A stretch of DNA of 64,000 nt. It comes from Escherichia coli. GTDB lineage: Bacteria; Pseudomonadota; Gammaproteobacteria; Enterobacterales; Enterobacteriaceae. Below are positions 62,888 to 64,000 of the stretch, in pieces (position 1 is the first letter of the stretch; the number at the start of each line of letters is the position of its first letter). The position numbers and the translations under genes are program-made. The notes under the pieces are model-generated. The model made no database searches and was not told the DNA's origin. It saw nothing but the letters and a program-made list of their open reading frames with translations. Location: assembly GCF_030013595.1 (NCBI RefSeq), contig NZ_CP122768.1; one strand, 5' to 3'.

Positions 62888-62919
62888 ACGTACCTCCGTT
62901 CTTTCGTTTTTTGAGCAAT

Positions 62920-62942
62920 AAAAAAGCCGCTCATGGCGGCCC
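62920..62942 (-). terminator. terminator immediately after the endolysin gene
   Basis: Minus strand reads GCCGC-catga-GCGGC followed by TTTTTTATT. Confidence 0.65.
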
Positions 62943-62957
62943 TGTATGTTTTGCAAG

Positions 62958-63341
62958 CTATCGCTTCAATTGAAAATGAGGCCCGTCTTTCAGTGTTTTC
63001 CAGTCCCCGCCCCATTCGATGGCAGTTCCCAGCTCTGCGGCAGCCTGCTTAAATGCCTGCGCGATTTTCTCGTACAGAGGCCAGTCCCATGACACCTGGC
63101 TGCCAACCCAGGCCACAACATCCACCGCATCACCGGTCAGGTGGCGGCTGTTCATGGTCTGGCTCTTACCTTCTGCAACCAGCTGTTTCTGGCGTTCTTT
63201 CGTGCGCAGGCCCTCCGTAATACCGAAATCAACCTCCGACAGTTCAAGGGCGCGGCGAACTACAGCAACCAGCTGTGGTTTGACGCCTTCCAGATTTTTC
63301 TCGCTCCGGCGGCTGAATCTGAATTTACCCGACATATTCAC
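62958..63341 (-). CDS. endolysin, peptidase M15 (L-alanyl-D-glutamate peptidase / VanY-like)
   Basis: SRHLTGDAVDV ... DGPHFQL zinc-ligand motifs. Confidence 0.85.
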   Translation of the reverse strand: MNMSGKFRFSRRSEKNLEGVKPQLVAVVRRALELSEVDFGITEGLRTKERQKQLVAEGKSQTMNSRHLTGDAVDVVAWVGSQVSWDWPLYEKIAQAFKQAAAELGTAIEWGGDWKTLKDGPHFQLKR

Positions 63342-63574
63342 CTCAACAATGGAAAGATTCTTGTGACGTTCCCGCGTGCGCGTATCACCAGCACGCAGAA
63401 CAGCAGATTAAAAAACACATCCAGCCAGCCCGTTGCTAACGGGCGACCACACAGATAGCTGAGAGGCGAAAAGGCATACAGCAGCGTCAGCAGCCAGGCC
63501 AGCCATGACATCAGCGGTTTATGCCTGGAATCGCGACGACGATAAAAAAGAGCGTCAGCACGATAACCGTGCAT
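63338..63574 (-). CDS. small two-TM lysis-cassette protein (holin/antiholin-like)
   Basis: Hydrophobic segments. Overlaps the endolysin start. The true start may be the internal ATG (63511). Confidence 0.5.
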   Translation of the reverse strand: MHGYRADALFYRRRDSRHKPLMSWLAWLLTLLYAFSPLSYLCGRPLATGWLDVFFNLLFCVLVIRARGNVTRIFPLLR

Positions 63575-63601
63575 AACGCCACATTCAGTAATCCGGGAAG
63601 G

Positions 63602-63994
63602 TTACTTAACATTACCGCCTCCTCCGCCTCGCAGGCGGGAGAACCGTCCTGACACCAGCGATGCGATATCCTGCTGGTGGATGAACGACAGAATCTTCAC
63701 CGACACCACAGACACCAGCACTGCACACAGCGCGTCGACAGATTTACTGTGAAGCCCCAGTTTTTCGACCAGATAAGACGCCATCACATCCGCCCCCAGT
63801 ACGCCGATAATAAACGACACCAGAAAATGCGCCGCCACCCGCCAGACAGAAAGCGCCTGCGGCATCGTTGCCACAAACAACGCCCCCGCGAACGCACCAA
63901 ACACAATCCCGAAATCCGTTCCGGTGAACAGCCCGAATACCGTCGCCCCTCCGAGCGCAGCCGCCGTGCCGGAACCGGATAAGGGTTCAGACAT
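63602..63994 (-). CDS. putative holin (multi-TM)
   Basis: 130 aa with 3-4 hydrophobic segments and a charged C-terminus, upstream of the endolysin. Confidence 0.6.
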   Translation of the reverse strand: MSEPLSGSGTAAALGGATVFGLFTGTDFGIVFGAFAGALFVATMPQALSVWRVAAHFLVSFIIGVLGADVMASYLVEKLGLHSKSVDALCAVLVSVVSVKILSFIHQQDIASLVSGRFSRLRGGGGGNVK

Positions 63995-64000
63995 ACTTTT

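Overview
Escherichia coli-type chromosome. A 13-kb core block (icd, rluE, nudJ, mnmA, hflD, purB, phoPQ, roxA, pepT, potAB; 26.6-39.4 kb) is bracketed by two different myovirus-type prophages, both transcribed on the minus strand. Prophage 1 (1-26.5 kb) sits at the icd 3' end, the e14/phage-21 type site. It is a late-gene-only remnant: HNH and terminase, an HK97-type head, a Mu-type contractile tail, a Pin-invertible tail-fibre segment, and an AT-rich cargo island. All early, immunity and lysis functions are missing. An IS10 without a target duplication joins an N-terminally truncated integrase to the region upstream of HNH. The tape-measure gene has an in-frame TAG, and an AT-rich moron sits inside the tail cluster. 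Prophage 2 (39.4 kb to beyond 64 kb) replaces the last codons of potB and splits potAB from potCD. It combines a lambda-type cos, Nu1/A/W/B/C/D/E/FI/FII head module with a P2-type contractile tail, plus an extra lambda Stf/Tfa-type fibre pair. The best candidates for undescribed functions are: the cargo island beyond pin (a GIY-YIG protein flanked by duplicated hairpins, a frameshifted Mrr-like nuclease gene, a secreted protein); the tail-embedded membrane moron; and the terminator-bracketed small genes between endolysin and cos in prophage 2, two of which fall below the ORF-track cutoff. All homology calls are by eye or from memory; no searches were run.
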